64,000 nt of DNA from a virus: IMG/VR virus record IMGVR_UViG_3300031227_000013; one strand, 5' to 3'. Numbering within the stretch: position 1 is the stretch's first letter; every line of letters starts with the position of its first letter. Below the pieces are notes generated by a model that saw nothing but the letters and a program-made list of their open reading frames with translations, searched no databases and was not told the DNA's origin. The translations under genes were made by a program, and so were the position numbers. Positions 52,264 to 63,142 of this stretch are shown piece by piece.

Positions 52264-52863
52264 TTAAGTTATCAATTTTCCATACTGGTTAGCCAACGCA
52301 TCCGCTACACCTTGAAAAGTCTTGCTTCTCAGCTTAGCCCTTTCCGGTGACGGAGGTAGGTAATGCAGTCTCTGCTGTTTATTTTTAGGCAGTTTCTCCA
52401 TCTCCTCTTTGACTATATTAGTAGGGACCAGTTTAGGTAGACCTTTCAACCATAGACAGGTAGCCTTACTTTCCGGATGTCCGAACTGCCATGGCTGGAT
52501 AATCTGATCCGGCTTACGGTAGTGTGTAGACATTATTCCAATAGGATTTTCAATAACTGTTAAGGGACAGTTGACATTAGTAAATTTCATAAAGAAATCT
52601 ATACCTTGTTGCTGTCGTCCATCCGCTCTCTTTTGTTTAAACCATGCCGCACCGCTGCATGCTAGATGAGTGCAGGGAGGAAAAGCGAGAATCACATCCC
52701 ACTCCTCTTTAAGTAAAGGTGTCACATCCTGTTGAAAATGCCAATCAGGATTTCCTCCTTCACTACACTCTATTATATCGCATGAATATGCTTCATGCCC
52801 CAGCTTGCGAAACGCTTGTGTAACAACTTGGCTTTCCTCACATGCTACCAATATCTTACCCAT
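52264..52863 (-). CDS. Short C5 DNA cytosine methyltransferase (phage type)
   Basis: LVACEES, FPPCTHL, IENP; C-terminal RSKTFQGVADALANQ. Confidence 0.85.
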   Translation of the reverse strand: MGKILVACEESQVVTQAFRKLGHEAYSCDIIECSEGGNPDWHFQQDVTPLLKEEWDVILAFPPCTHLACSGAAWFKQKRADGRQQQGIDFFMKFTNVNCPLTVIENPIGIMSTHYRKPDQIIQPWQFGHPESKATCLWLKGLPKLVPTNIVKEEMEKLPKNKQQRLHYLPPSPERAKLRSKTFQGVADALANQYGKLIT

Positions 52864-52879
52864 TTCATATATCTCTTAT

Positions 52880-53365
52880 TTAATAATTTACATTCATCAC
52901 ATTATCTGTAACAATTATCGTACCGGTATCTTCCCATTCTTCACCGCGCCATTCAACTTCTCCGTTAAGCACATACCCCCAGCGTTTTATAAACTTATCA
53001 ATTATGTACTGCATCCACTCTGTATAATCATAGAACTTTTCTGCATAGTTCCATTCTATACCATCTTCTTCCTCAGTAGGCACCCAGCTACACCACAGCC
53101 CCGGTTGTGTTCCTCCCGGGTTATTATTCTCCAGAACAGATTCAAGCTGCTCACCAGCTAATCCACCTGTTCCTATAAAAAACTCACCATCCACACCCAG
53201 CCCCAAATTAACAGCTGTCCGGAGAGGGTCCTTCAACTTTCTAAGTTGCTTGACATCTCTTTTCATATGCCGTATATCAGAGAAGGCATGTAAATAAGCG
53301 TTATGCTCTGGTCTTAATTTCTTATCCAGATTAAACATTCCTCTGAAATCTGTTGTATAACCCAT
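52880..53365 (-). CDS. Conserved-looking phage hypothetical protein
   Basis: MGYTTDFRG...QPGLWCSW...EKFYDY.EW...LNGEVEWRGE. Confidence 0.7.
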   Translation of the reverse strand: MGYTTDFRGMFNLDKKLRPEHNAYLHAFSDIRHMKRDVKQLRKLKDPLRTAVNLGLGVDGEFFIGTGGLAGEQLESVLENNNPGGTQPGLWCSWVPTEEEDGIEWNYAEKFYDYTEWMQYIIDKFIKRWGYVLNGEVEWRGEEWEDTGTIIVTDNVMNVNY

Positions 53366-53565
53366 CTTAATTTTCCTTTATAGTTATGCTACCACACATC
53401 GGAATATCTCTTCCGAGCTCGGTATCATATATTTTTACATTGTCTAAAACTTTATCTATTTCTTCTTCAACAGCCCGCATCACCTCCCACTCCGATACGG
53501 CTGTTCCATCTGTACTGTCTATATCTATTTCAGCTGTAAGTATCATAAATGCCCCGCTATCCCTG

Positions 53566-54222
53566 TTAATGTTTCATATATATCACATGCTTGAAATCAC
53601 TATCCCAGCATCTTCGGCATGCTCCGCAGTCAGTATGATTCATTGTAGCAGGACATATTATTGTCTTAGGATATATCGATATATCCGATGCCACAGAAGA
53701 GGAAGACGCACCCTTTCTGGTAACAAACTCCATCACATTATCCAGAGGAGCATCATTCACCATCGCAGTACTCAGCCTGATATTCAGATTGTCAGGTATT
53801 TCCTTATCCGCAAATGTAAAGTACACTGTATTGTGCTCCAGTGTAGGAAGCCAAAAATGTATATCCTTACAGTTATTACATACCTCCAGAATCCTTTCCA
53901 GATGTGCCTTGTCCTGCAGGTCCCCGCTATCATGAAATCTGAAATAGGGTACTTTAGCACAGTAGTGCGTTATAAGGAACGACATAGCATCCACCCATTC
54001 AGGATACCTGATTGCCGCTAATCGACGCGAGAGGGCGTTCTGAACGTTCTTAAAACGATATCTGCCTTTACACGCATAACAACTATAACATACGGATTCT
54101 TTTACTTTCCGTAGATATTTTCCAGTAGGGCAATGTGATGTGGGTAGATTATAACTATAACCCGGCATCTTGGAAGGATTCCCCAGCCCCCCTGTAATCT
54201 CTTTCGCCTGTCTTATATTCAT
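53566..54222 (-). CDS. GP88-like protein (radical-SAM-related)
   Basis: SKMPG.SYNLP, CYSCYA, FRFHDSGD, WLPT. Confidence 0.75.
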   Translation of the reverse strand: MNIRQAKEITGGLGNPSKMPGYSYNLPTSHCPTGKYLRKVKESVCYSCYACKGRYRFKNVQNALSRRLAAIRYPEWVDAMSFLITHYCAKVPYFRFHDSGDLQDKAHLERILEVCNNCKDIHFWLPTLEHNTVYFTFADKEIPDNLNIRLSTAMVNDAPLDNVMEFVTRKGASSSSVASDISIYPKTIICPATMNHTDCGACRRCWDSDFKHVIYMKH

Positions 54223-54251
54223 TATTTGTTACCTTATATGTTTATTATATA

Positions 54252-55031
54252 CTATCGATTTAAAGATCCGGATATGTGGAATATAAAATTATCATCCTCA
54301 TAATCCAGTTTTTCCGCACTTCCTTTATATTCGTATACCTCGAACAGACTGTCCAGATCCATATACGGGATTCCTTTACCTGTGACCCAATTGAAGTTCA
54401 CAAGCCACCTATCATCTTCGAGCTTGGTAAAACAATCTTCAAAACAGTTCTCAAAGTTTCTCTGGAGTGAATCCTCCGGTTTAAAATTGGAACTGGATTT
54501 AAGTATGTTTATCAGATCTCCTGAAGGTCTTGGAAAATATACTTCTTTCTCGTATGCTGAAAGGTAAAAAGACGGAGGTACTACCCTATCTGTCGCTATC
54601 TTATTCTCTGACTCCACCATCAGTCTCAATACACGAAGGATGTTTATATCTCCGGATCTTACGTCACTCAGCTGATAAGGAAGACTGCCATACTCCACGT
54701 TCTTTATAAGCCCCGCGGGATAAGCATCCTCACCGACATATAGATCAGCAGGCATAACAACTCTCTTTCTACTGTTCTGTTTGTTAACAGCCCGCAGAAG
54801 GTCAGTACTGAATATAATCTTCTTAGTCTTATCTATACGCTGGGTAGTTCCGGCTATCTTACGGGCCATCACTGTTCCTTTATATAAGAACGTCACATAT
54901 ACGAAGACCATGTTCAGTCTGTAGAAGCTATCGTTAAGAGGAGCTACCCCTTTCCATGTTATAAGACATGAGTCGGGGTTGTTCTCAAAATATTCCGCTA
55001 CACTTCCTATAATATCCTCAGTCTTCATCAA
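54252..55031 (-). CDS. Hypothetical protein
   Basis: 259-aa co-oriented ORF. Confidence 0.65.
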   Translation of the reverse strand: MMKTEDIIGSVAEYFENNPDSCLITWKGVAPLNDSFYRLNMVFVYVTFLYKGTVMARKIAGTTQRIDKTKKIIFSTDLLRAVNKQNSRKRVVMPADLYVGEDAYPAGLIKNVEYGSLPYQLSDVRSGDINILRVLRLMVESENKIATDRVVPPSFYLSAYEKEVYFPRPSGDLINILKSSSNFKPEDSLQRNFENCFEDCFTKLEDDRWLVNFNWVTGKGIPYMDLDSLFEVYEYKGSAEKLDYEDDNFIFHISGSLNR

Positions 55032-55305
55032 TAGTCTCCTTCAGCTCAGTCTTCATATAATCAGTTATTATCATATACTCACCCATTTTTTTCTTCAGGC
55101 AATGTTGGCATATATCAGCTTCCACTCTATGACCGTCTCCGAATACAGAATTACAACCACATATAAAATTTATATGCAGAAAGTCCTGTAGCTCCATACT
55201 GTCCTCAATATCGTTATGCATATATGCTTTTTGACATATATCGCATATGACACCTCTCGGTACATTCTTCTGCACCTGTGTAAATACACAATCGCTAATT
55301 ATCAT
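55018..55305 (-). CDS. Small zinc-binding hypothetical protein
   Basis: CDIC...FGDG...DICQHC; start reset to MIISD. Confidence 0.6.
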   Translation of the reverse strand: MIISDCVFTQVQKNVPRGVICDICQKAYMHNDIEDSMELQDFLHINFICGCNSVFGDGHRVEADICQHCLKKKMGEYMIITDYMKTELKETIDED

Positions 55306-55855
55306 CTTTATCCACCTTTCCGTAATTAAATAATGCACCTTCTTTAAATACCGGAGGTAATATATTATATGTGTTAAGATGATCCAGGTACGCATCCCTT
55401 AATTCTTTAGGCATAGTTCTTAGTACCAGAGATAGCTGAACAGCTTCCTCCATCTTAGCAGGGTTTATTTCCGGAGCATCCGTCGTCAGACGCATACTGT
55501 GCCAATAGAAATCCATCATACATATAAAGAATTTATATAGAAATTCCGAAGCATCCATCGGGTGCATTCTATTAAACAGAAATTCCAGTTGAGGAAGTCC
55601 GTCATCTGCCCATGTCTTATCCGACAACACTGCTGATTTCATAAAATACGCCAAATCTCTAGACATCTGTCGGGCTGCGTCGTGATCTTTATTTTCTCCC
55701 TCATTCATATCCTTGAATATTTTAAACGCAGAACTCAAAACTCCCCGCATGCCTTGTGTTATATCTGCAGCAGGAGCATAGAAGGCTATATTACCTTTGT
55801 CCTTAGGACGTACACGCATGTACGACGTCTCCGACTTCTTTTTCTTTTTCGCCAT
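55295..55855 (-). CDS. Hypothetical protein
   Basis: 186-aa ORF with basic N-terminus. Confidence 0.65.
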   Translation of the reverse strand: MAKKKKKSETSYMRVRPKDKGNIAFYAPAADITQGMRGVLSSAFKIFKDMNEGENKDHDAARQMSRDLAYFMKSAVLSDKTWADDGLPQLEFLFNRMHPMDASEFLYKFFICMMDFYWHSMRLTTDAPEINPAKMEEAVQLSLVLRTMPKELRDAYLDHLNTYNILPPVFKEGALFNYGKVDKDDN

Positions 55856-56786
55856 TATTTACTACCTTTCTTTTTTCAAACAAATCCTTAGCTTCTAACC
55901 AGCGATCTGTTTCAATACATTGATTACATGTTTCATTGCCCGGCTTCATAACCCCAGGATGCCCTTCCGCACAGTTCCCTAGAATATAGGTTACCTTGTG
56001 TAAAGCTCCGGGGCACTCATCCAGCCCATTTAAACAATCTACACATTCTATATTACAATCCCCATGTCTTATATGATATAAAGTATTGTTATGCTTCTTC
56101 TGAGAATTAGATACACTGAAGGCTACCATTTTAGCAGCCCCCTTATTCTTCACAAGATTACATGTGAACCGTGTGTTGTACGCTTCACCTGCATCAAACT
56201 GAGCATATTTAGGATACCCTATCTCACGAAGCATATACTTTATAAACTTGTTAGACATCTTCTGTATTACAGACATTCCGGCAGGTATACCTGCCGTTAC
56301 AAAAACTGTAAGTTCCTTACCTCTATACATCCCATAGAATTCTGTACTTCCTAATACCTCCACAGGTACCCACACCGGTATATTTGTATCCATCCATACT
56401 GGAATAACCTTATCGCTCCTGATATATTCCATATTTCCTGATATACGAACAGCCATCTGAAATAAAGATTTCGGATTAACTTCCCGCATCAGAAAAGATC
56501 TATACAGAGAATTATATATCGTTGTGAATTTATTAAGAGGGTAATTAAGAGTGTGGCACATGCACTTAGATATTTTCTCACATGTGCCTGGAGTAACTAT
56601 ACGATCAAACTTATCCCTATTCATAAGTAAGTCTGAATATACACTTAAGCGTATTTTAGACAGCTTAGAAAGAGAAAAAGAGGGGGCTTCCACCAATAAG
56701 GGTATAGTACCTTTTTCCGGGTGAAAGCGGGGGGAACTTACTTCGTCAAATATATGTAGATTCTTTTCATCAGAATTCAAACGCAT
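55803..56786 (-). CDS. Hypothetical protein with C-terminal Cys/His cluster
   Basis: 327 aa; C..C..C...C..H...C..GH...C..C. Confidence 0.65.
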   Translation of the reverse strand: MRLNSDEKNLHIFDEVSSPRFHPEKGTIPLLVEAPSFSLSKLSKIRLSVYSDLLMNRDKFDRIVTPGTCEKISKCMCHTLNYPLNKFTTIYNSLYRSFLMREVNPKSLFQMAVRISGNMEYIRSDKVIPVWMDTNIPVWVPVEVLGSTEFYGMYRGKELTVFVTAGIPAGMSVIQKMSNKFIKYMLREIGYPKYAQFDAGEAYNTRFTCNLVKNKGAAKMVAFSVSNSQKKHNNTLYHIRHGDCNIECVDCLNGLDECPGALHKVTYILGNCAEGHPGVMKPGNETCNQCIETDRWLEAKDLFEKRKVVNNGEKEKEVGDVVHACTS

Positions 56787-57204
56787 CGTCTTTAATTTTT
56801 ACAGTCAACCTTTTTATAATTTTCTTTTCAAATTTTTCTACATATTTCTCGTCTTCCTTCTTATCAGGAACACTGTTATAATCATAATCTTTCTTATGAC
56901 CATCTATCTCATTGTATATCTCACTATCATCAAAATCAGAACATGTTTCATCATCTAGAAATTTATAAACATCATCTCCGAACGAAACAGGATCCTTATA
57001 TCCGGAAGTCCCATACAACTCCACAGAAGTCATATGTCTTTCCATATCGTTATTAACAGCTATTGTATCCATATTCACAGACCCTTTACGTTTAGCTTTA
57101 TGTTTTTTACGACACAGTCTACAAACCCGCTCTGCGGGAGAACTGCTTGAAAACAGTTCTCCGCAATCTTTGTATAAACACCTTCTCAGAGCGGTTCGCG
57201 ACAT
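56770..57204 (-). CDS. Zinc-ribbon protein with acidic tail
   Basis: CLYKDC...CRLC. Confidence 0.6.
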   Translation of the reverse strand: MSRTALRRCLYKDCGELFSSSSPAERVCRLCRKKHKAKRKGSVNMDTIAVNNDMERHMTSVELYGTSGYKDPVSFGDDVYKFLDDETCSDFDDSEIYNEIDGHKKDYDYNSVPDKKEDEKYVEKFEKKIIKRLTVKIKDDAFEF

Positions 57205-57216
57205 CTTCGTATTCCT

Positions 57217-57972
57217 TTAAGCTATTCCGGTAGCCTGTTTATGCAGAGCCCTTAGAGACGGAAGAACTTCCTCCGATACTTCCCTAAGACTAAACACAAT
57301 ATCCAGAGCTTTCGAATATTTCTCCTCGTTGCCAGCTATTTCATTTAAATCAGTCATGTCCTTAGCCGCCAGAGGTATTGTGTTTTTAATAATTTCAAGG
57401 GTCGCGGTTATCTTTTTACAATTATTAGTATAACTGCGTCTCGCTTCCGAATGTTCTTCAGTTCCTTCTGTAGGGGCTGTATTTCCACCACCATCTTCCG
57501 GAGGATTCAGTCTATTCATATACTCACTGAGTTCCTGTTCCAGTTCTGAAGGTCTGATACTTTCCTCGGCGATCTTATTTTCGAAATCAATACGATCCTC
57601 TTTATCTTTAACCGAGATAAGTTTATTGATAATACCCCAACCGATATGTTTCTTATCCATAGCAGAATCAAGTTCCTTACGACTGTATTCCTTAGCAAAC
57701 TGTGCATACCGGTATAAACGTTTAACATTCATATCCGGAAGTTCCAGCTGTTCAGCAAAATTTTCAATCGTCTTTTCCCCGTATACTGCAGCTTCTTTAA
57801 TGAGATTAGTTTCATATCCCATTTCCCAACATACTCTGAGAGTCGATTTAGAAATACCTTCAATATTAGTTTTGAAGTACTCCACCATTTCATCCCAGCC
57901 TTTAAATGAGCCTTTAGATTTATCATCGCCCGGCTCTACTACTGCAGCTTCTTGTTTCTTTTCTTCTGACAT
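57217..57972 (-). CDS. DUF1016 (YhcG) N-terminal-like DNA-binding protein
   Basis: CWEMG...YGEKTIENFAEQL...LYRYAQFAKEY...IGWG...L.SV.D...R. Confidence 0.6.
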   Translation of the reverse strand: MSEEKKQEAAVVEPGDDKSKGSFKGWDEMVEYFKTNIEGISKSTLRVCWEMGYETNLIKEAAVYGEKTIENFAEQLELPDMNVKRLYRYAQFAKEYSRKELDSAMDKKHIGWGIINKLISVKDKEDRIDFENKIAEESIRPSELEQELSEYMNRLNPPEDGGGNTAPTEGTEEHSEARRSYTNNCKKITATLEIIKNTIPLAAKDMTDLNEIAGNEEKYSKALDIVFSLREVSEEVLPSLRALHKQATGIA

Positions 57973-57982
57973 ATTACTTTCC

Positions 57983-58477
57983 TTAATTTAATTCGTTCTC
58001 TTTTACAAATACACCCAAATTCAAAATATACAAATCTTTTCCTGAATTTCCTGGATAAATAATTCTAGGTTTCTTCAGAATCTCCTCACAGCCCCTTGTG
58101 AAGTTATGAAAAATATGATCCCCACAAAACTTAAGAGGAAAGATAATACCTACTTCCTCATTAGTTTTTAACAGAGACATCATTTCCTTCCACAAGGGTG
58201 TAATAGATATTCCCTTATATAGATTATAAATATACAGATTCGGATACTTATTAATAAATAATTTATTAATAAAAGGATCCCCGGATCTATGCTTTACTTC
58301 TTCCAGCTTGTCTTCAACCCTGTCGTCCTTCCAGATATCAATCAGTGAAACATCTTTAAGTATACTTCCGAAATACTTAGCAAGTATCTTTTTCCGATAT
58401 GCACTGACCGATACACTCTTTTTGGATTCCATAGCTGAAGCAAACCCCTGCATGAAATTATCAGGTTTGAGTCCCAT
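57983..58477 (-). CDS. Hypothetical protein
   Basis: Co-oriented ORF; start reset to MGLKPD. Confidence 0.55.
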   Translation of the reverse strand: MGLKPDNFMQGFASAMESKKSVSVSAYRKKILAKYFGSILKDVSLIDIWKDDRVEDKLEEVKHRSGDPFINKLFINKYPNLYIYNLYKGISITPLWKEMMSLLKTNEEVGIIFPLKFCGDHIFHNFTRGCEEILKKPRIIYPGNSGKDLYILNLGVFVKENELN

Positions 58478-59576
58478 CGCCGAATACCTTCCATGTTCTG
58501 AAGCCTGCCGCCTTCTGCAGATCATGCATGTATTCTTTGTCTTCGAACAGAGTCTGTCCCAGTTCCGTATCAGATACCCGGACTTTCCCTAACCGCTGAG
58601 AAGAATACTTATTAGCATTACATGTGACATCACTGGCTTTCGCCACTCTACCTGATACTTGTTTATCTACCAATAGACGGGCTGTAGCCGCATGCCAGTC
58701 CCATACTGTATTCTGTATAGGATTTCCATCTTCGTCCTCTTCATCGAAATCCCACAGAACAGGAACACTTATTTTCCTGTTAGCCGGACCCATCCCACAC
58801 TTCTCAGCTTTCATACCTATAAGGTTACCTTCTCTGGATACCAGATCGATAGCCTTTATCTTATTCATATAGATATACTGAGCCGCATGGAAGTCCTGAG
58901 ATGAACCACCTGACTTAGTCTTAACCTTAGCTGGACCCGTTGAATCTATCTTGTCTTTAAGATGATTCGTGAACGCCAGTATAATGGGCTGATTAATCAG
59001 CTCACTGGATAACGCCTTGTAGTAGTTTGACCAAAGGAGGGCCGCCTCAGGAAAACTCCTTTCGGCAAATCCTGCTTTACGGATATCGTTCTGAATATCC
59101 TCCGTAGTACTACCTGCCAGACTATCCACACATATTACGAAAGGCAAATCCTTTTCAGGACAATTCTTTTTATAATATGCCAAGGCTCCTGATACTGCTA
59201 ATTGAGCTTCCTGGACTGTAGAAACAGTGTCTATGCGTATACGGTCTCTATTCTTAGACCCTATAATAGAATTCAGAAAATGAAGATTAAGTTTATTCTC
59301 CGTTTCTATTAAGTGGGCTACTCCTCCGGCTTCTATAGCCAGACGCATCGCAAAAAATCCGAATGCGCTTTTACTACTTGCCTGAGGTCCCGCAAGACCC
59401 ATTATTTTTCCTAACGACATTATATTCGAATGAAACAAATACTGCAGGGCGAAGGAGGGGAGTTCCAGGCCTACCTGGTTCTCCTCCTCCTGTGTCCCCA
59501 CAAGTACTCTGTCATCTCCGAATTTAGCGCGTCCCTCATCAAGGAATCCTTGAAAAAAAGCACTAACTTCGACCAT
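58461..59576 (-). CDS. recA: RecA/UvsX-like recombinase
   Basis: Walker A GPQASSKS, IETEN, Walker B ICVDSLAG, FTNHL, SGG...FHA. Confidence 0.85.
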   Translation of the reverse strand: MVEVSAFFQGFLDEGRAKFGDDRVLVGTQEEENQVGLELPSFALQYLFHSNIMSLGKIMGLAGPQASSKSAFGFFAMRLAIEAGGVAHLIETENKLNLHFLNSIIGSKNRDRIRIDTVSTVQEAQLAVSGALAYYKKNCPEKDLPFVICVDSLAGSTTEDIQNDIRKAGFAERSFPEAALLWSNYYKALSSELINQPIILAFTNHLKDKIDSTGPAKVKTKSGGSSQDFHAAQYIYMNKIKAIDLVSREGNLIGMKAEKCGMGPANRKISVPVLWDFDEEDEDGNPIQNTVWDWHAATARLLVDKQVSGRVAKASDVTCNANKYSSQRLGKVRVSDTELGQTLFEDKEYMHDLQKAAGFRTWKVFGDGTQT

Positions 59577-59586
59577 GATATACCTC

Positions 59587-60846
59587 CTAACCGTTAGCTC
59601 TCGCGAGAGCCGCTTCCTTCTCGGCTATCAGAGATTTCATTATAGGATTTTCATCAAGCGCTGTAGGCTTGACATCCTCGTTATTTGCGGTACCATCATT
59701 AACAACTACCGGAGCAGCGTCTATCTCTGACGGACTTATAATATTAAGTGCAGGTGTTTCAACCGGCACAGCCAGAGGTTCCTGAGGCGTCGCAATAGGC
59801 GTTACCGGAGGTGCCGGAGGCTTTACAACAGGCTTCGCATCAGCAACTGATGAAGAACCTATACTATCAGCAATAGGTCCGGTTGTTCCAGGCACATTAA
59901 CTGTAGCAGGTTTACCATCAAAAGCTCCTTTTACATGTTCCGGAATGAACTGTGCATATTCAGGATCAGACCTGAATGCATAATCCACAGAAGCACTGTC
60001 AAACGATTCACACAGTCTGGCAATCTGCCATGCCGCTGATTCAACTCTCAACAGGTTATCCCACGGTACGAATGTTTCTTTGACATATTTATCTGCCAGT
60101 TTAACAGGTTCCCCTGCTCTTACAGTATACCGCTTACGGCTCTCAGCATTCAGGAAAGAATCCACTAAAACAGTTCTTCCTGTCTCAGGAGTCGTAATAT
60201 CACCCATCTCTGAATTAAGTGCTGATAAGGGCTGTGACTTATCTAATATCTGGATAAGTTTATTTTCCATATCCATAGTAGCAGATCTCTGAAACGCCAT
60301 GATAATAGGAGCAATCTGAATAACAGCCCCTGTATTTTTATCTGTACACGCTTCCCCGTCCAGCTTAATAAGCACACCCTGCGCCATCATTACACACAGC
60401 GGTAAACTTGCCTGACCGCCCCACTTTAGCCATTCAGCCCACTCAGGCCTGGCTTTACTTCCTTCTTCCTTTACAAAAGTACCCAGCTTGTTGTAGAATA
60501 TTTTAGAAGGGCTGTCTTTGTCAGGGAAGTCAGTTGTATCTGTTACAAACTGAAATTTTCTGGATCCCAGAAAACTTACATACTCAACCGCGTGGAATGC
60601 ATCTGAAATACCTTCCATAGGATCACCGTCTACCGGAACTACCTGCGGAATAAATTCCCCGTCTGTATCGACAGCACAGAACAATTTTATTTCCGTTAGT
60701 TTACCAGCGGTACTACTTTTAGGAGAATAGACCCTGTGTGGGTGCTGTGAAAGCACCGTGAAATTACCAAAGGCTTCTCTTCCTCCTCCTGCATCTTTTC
60801 TTGCATAACTCATTATTTGTTTCCTTATTGTTGTGGGGGATCCCAC
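59587..60846 (-). CDS. Hypothetical protein, possibly single-stranded DNA-binding
   Basis: Lies between polymerase and recombinase; Pro/Ala-rich flexible C-terminus. Confidence 0.4.
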   Translation of the reverse strand: MGSPTTIRKQIMSYARKDAGGGREAFGNFTVLSQHPHRVYSPKSSTAGKLTEIKLFCAVDTDGEFIPQVVPVDGDPMEGISDAFHAVEYVSFLGSRKFQFVTDTTDFPDKDSPSKIFYNKLGTFVKEEGSKARPEWAEWLKWGGQASLPLCVMMAQGVLIKLDGEACTDKNTGAVIQIAPIIMAFQRSATMDMENKLIQILDKSQPLSALNSEMGDITTPETGRTVLVDSFLNAESRKRYTVRAGEPVKLADKYVKETFVPWDNLLRVESAAWQIARLCESFDSASVDYAFRSDPEYAQFIPEHVKGAFDGKPATVNVPGTTGPIADSIGSSSVADAKPVVKPPAPPVTPIATPQEPLAVPVETPALNIISPSEIDAAPVVVNDGTANNEDVKPTALDENPIMKSLIAEKEAALARANG

Positions 60847-62594
60847 TTAAGTAGAAATCCCTGTTCATTATGTATCGGTTCCGCCTCTTTGTACCAACGG
60901 TCCATCAAAACCGATTCTGTTCTTATCGCGACGTCCGGAATTACCTTAGTCATTCCTTTAATCATTAACTCTTCTACATGCCCTACCTCTTCAGACATTT
61001 GTTGTGGGTTGGTTATTTTTATTTCGTTGATTGTCTCATCATGGATAAATGCAACTGTTCGTATACGTTCTTTAAACATTAACCACAGTGCTTCTTTAGC
61101 TCCGTCACTGGCTAAACTCTGGAAAGAATTATTACAACTCTCTGTGTATGAACACATTCCACGAATTCTACCGGTTAGTGTTTTACTAATATATTTACCG
61201 GGATACTCGAGCTGTTGTTCAGGACAAAGATGTTCTTTCATTTCCGGAAACGCTTTCAACCACATATTCCTCATATGCTCCGCCTCCATATACGAGACAG
61301 TTAATCCAAATCCTTTAGCATACTGAACAAATGTTTTAGCAGATAGGCCTCCTGGAAATCCAAAATTCGGAATCTTAGATTTCTGACGTTCTGATTTTGT
61401 TATTTTATCCTCATCTTTAGAGAATATAAATGAACCTAGATATTTATGACAATCTATACCTTCATTTATTTTATCTGCCAATACACTCTTTCCCTGCTTA
61501 ATCAAAGTATCCTGTGCTAAAGCACATAATTCTACCTGAGAGTAATCACTAGCATTAAACCAATGCCCCTCTGTCGGAATAAAGATTCCTCTAAGTCCTT
61601 CAGCCTTTGGAAGGTTTTGGCAGTTAGGCTTTGAGCTGGATGTGCGACCAGTTACAACACAGCTATTAAACCGTGTATGTACCCTACCGTCCTTTCCAAT
61701 AACATCTTCGCCAAGATAAGTCTTAATCATCTTATTGAGATGTGCCTGCTTTGAATAGGCATCCAGAAAGGGATCCGTAATATCCAGCCCGTCCAGTACT
61801 TCCTGACCAGTCTTTATTTTATTAGTCTTAACAGTACGGGGCAATTTAATATTATACTTAAATTCCAAATCCTCCATATACTGCTGCATAACCAATTGAT
61901 TGCCCTTCTGTCCCGGAATGAAGCCATTATCCTCCATTATAAGAAGACAGTCATATAGTGCAGTCTGAAACTTTGTTTCCAAACGACTTCGTTCAGACTC
62001 ATCAACTCTCAGCCCCAATCGGCTTATATAGTCAAGAGCGATAGCACCTTTAACCTGTACATCCTCTGTAGCCTGATATTCAAGCTTCATAGCTATATCA
62101 TATGTATGTACCGGATCATCAGCCGCGTATTCAAGATGGGCTGTGCTGGGGTCTTCACTCCTGCTGAATGTAAGACGTATGTCCTCATTCTTATCTATCT
62201 CTCTATTCAGAACATGCTTACATACATATTTCAGAGATCGCTTTGTCAGATAGCCTTGTCGTTCAATCTGCATCAGAACAAATCTAAGCATCGTGTCGAC
62301 TATTCTTCCTTCATCCACAGCTTTTATCAGAAACTCGGGATATCCTAACACAGCCATATCAAATGCCGCGTTATGAAATATGAATCTTCCTTTAGGATTC
62401 CACGTATTCAGTTCATTCAGATATCCTGGGATATCAGGCCACTCTACCAGATGCACTATATTCCCATCGTATACCTGCATCAGAACTACATTGGGGATTG
62501 TATGATCGACGATAAGTTCTGTCTCGGTATCTATGGCTATGTCCGGAGCACAATGTACACTTTCTCCGGGGCACCACAATACATATTTAGCCAT
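60825..62594 (-). CDS. polA: Family A DNA polymerase with 3'-5' exonuclease
   Basis: Exo IAIDTET and HNAAFD; motif A DYSQVEL, motif B RQKSKIPNFG, motif C IHDE. Confidence 0.93.
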   Translation of the reverse strand: MAKYVLWCPGESVHCAPDIAIDTETELIVDHTIPNVVLMQVYDGNIVHLVEWPDIPGYLNELNTWNPKGRFIFHNAAFDMAVLGYPEFLIKAVDEGRIVDTMLRFVLMQIERQGYLTKRSLKYVCKHVLNREIDKNEDIRLTFSRSEDPSTAHLEYAADDPVHTYDIAMKLEYQATEDVQVKGAIALDYISRLGLRVDESERSRLETKFQTALYDCLLIMEDNGFIPGQKGNQLVMQQYMEDLEFKYNIKLPRTVKTNKIKTGQEVLDGLDITDPFLDAYSKQAHLNKMIKTYLGEDVIGKDGRVHTRFNSCVVTGRTSSSKPNCQNLPKAEGLRGIFIPTEGHWFNASDYSQVELCALAQDTLIKQGKSVLADKINEGIDCHKYLGSFIFSKDEDKITKSERQKSKIPNFGFPGGLSAKTFVQYAKGFGLTVSYMEAEHMRNMWLKAFPEMKEHLCPEQQLEYPGKYISKTLTGRIRGMCSYTESCNNSFQSLASDGAKEALWLMFKERIRTVAFIHDETINEIKITNPQQMSEEVGHVEELMIKGMTKVIPDVAIRTESVLMDRWYKEAEPIHNEQGFLLKWDPPQQ

Positions 62595-62899
62595 TATCTA
62601 CTCCTTTTTAAATTCTCCACACCATTCGGTACTCTCTGTTTCAAGCCATAGACCTATTAAATTACTCTGCGCTATGGGAGGGGGGTATCTTTTACACTTT
62701 CCCCATCTCAGTTGTATATTAGCATATTCTTTTTCAAACCAGAATATACATTCAGAACACTCTTCTCTATTCATCTTCAGCCCGCCCCTCCTTTTTATCT
62801 GAATCCATCTTTTCTTTAATTTTTCCAGTCGTGTAATCCATCAGAAGGTTAAACCCCTTCTTACATAGATCAGCTGCACTGTCTATCAACTGTTGTATA

Positions 62900-63142
62900 C
62901 TACTTACTGTCTTGTCCATTGTTTATTCCTTTTGTTATTTCACCACATCGTGTACATACATCATGCACATATATTTTATCTTGAGAGCGTTCTATTTCAT
63001 TAGGAGTCTCCCATACTATGTTCTTGATATCTTTTGAATCTAGATTATCAGGCCATATACTATGATATCTAGGTTCGAAATTATGACAATCTCCTCCTTG
63101 ATATATACATTCAGTCATTTCAACCACCTTTAACTTTCTCAA
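62900..63142 (-). CDS. Small hypothetical protein
   Basis: 80 aa; C-terminal CTRCG. Confidence 0.55.
   Translation of the reverse strand: MRKLKVVEMTECIYQGGDCHNFEPRYHSIWPDNLDSKDIKNIVWETPNEIERSQDKIYVHDVCTRCGEITKGINNGQDSK

Noticed and set aside
1078-53385. Recurrent TAACTATA(A/G)G just upstream of several start codons
   Set aside because: It merges with the RBS and terminator T-runs and is short and AT-rich; it is more simply a translation-initiation context than a separate element.
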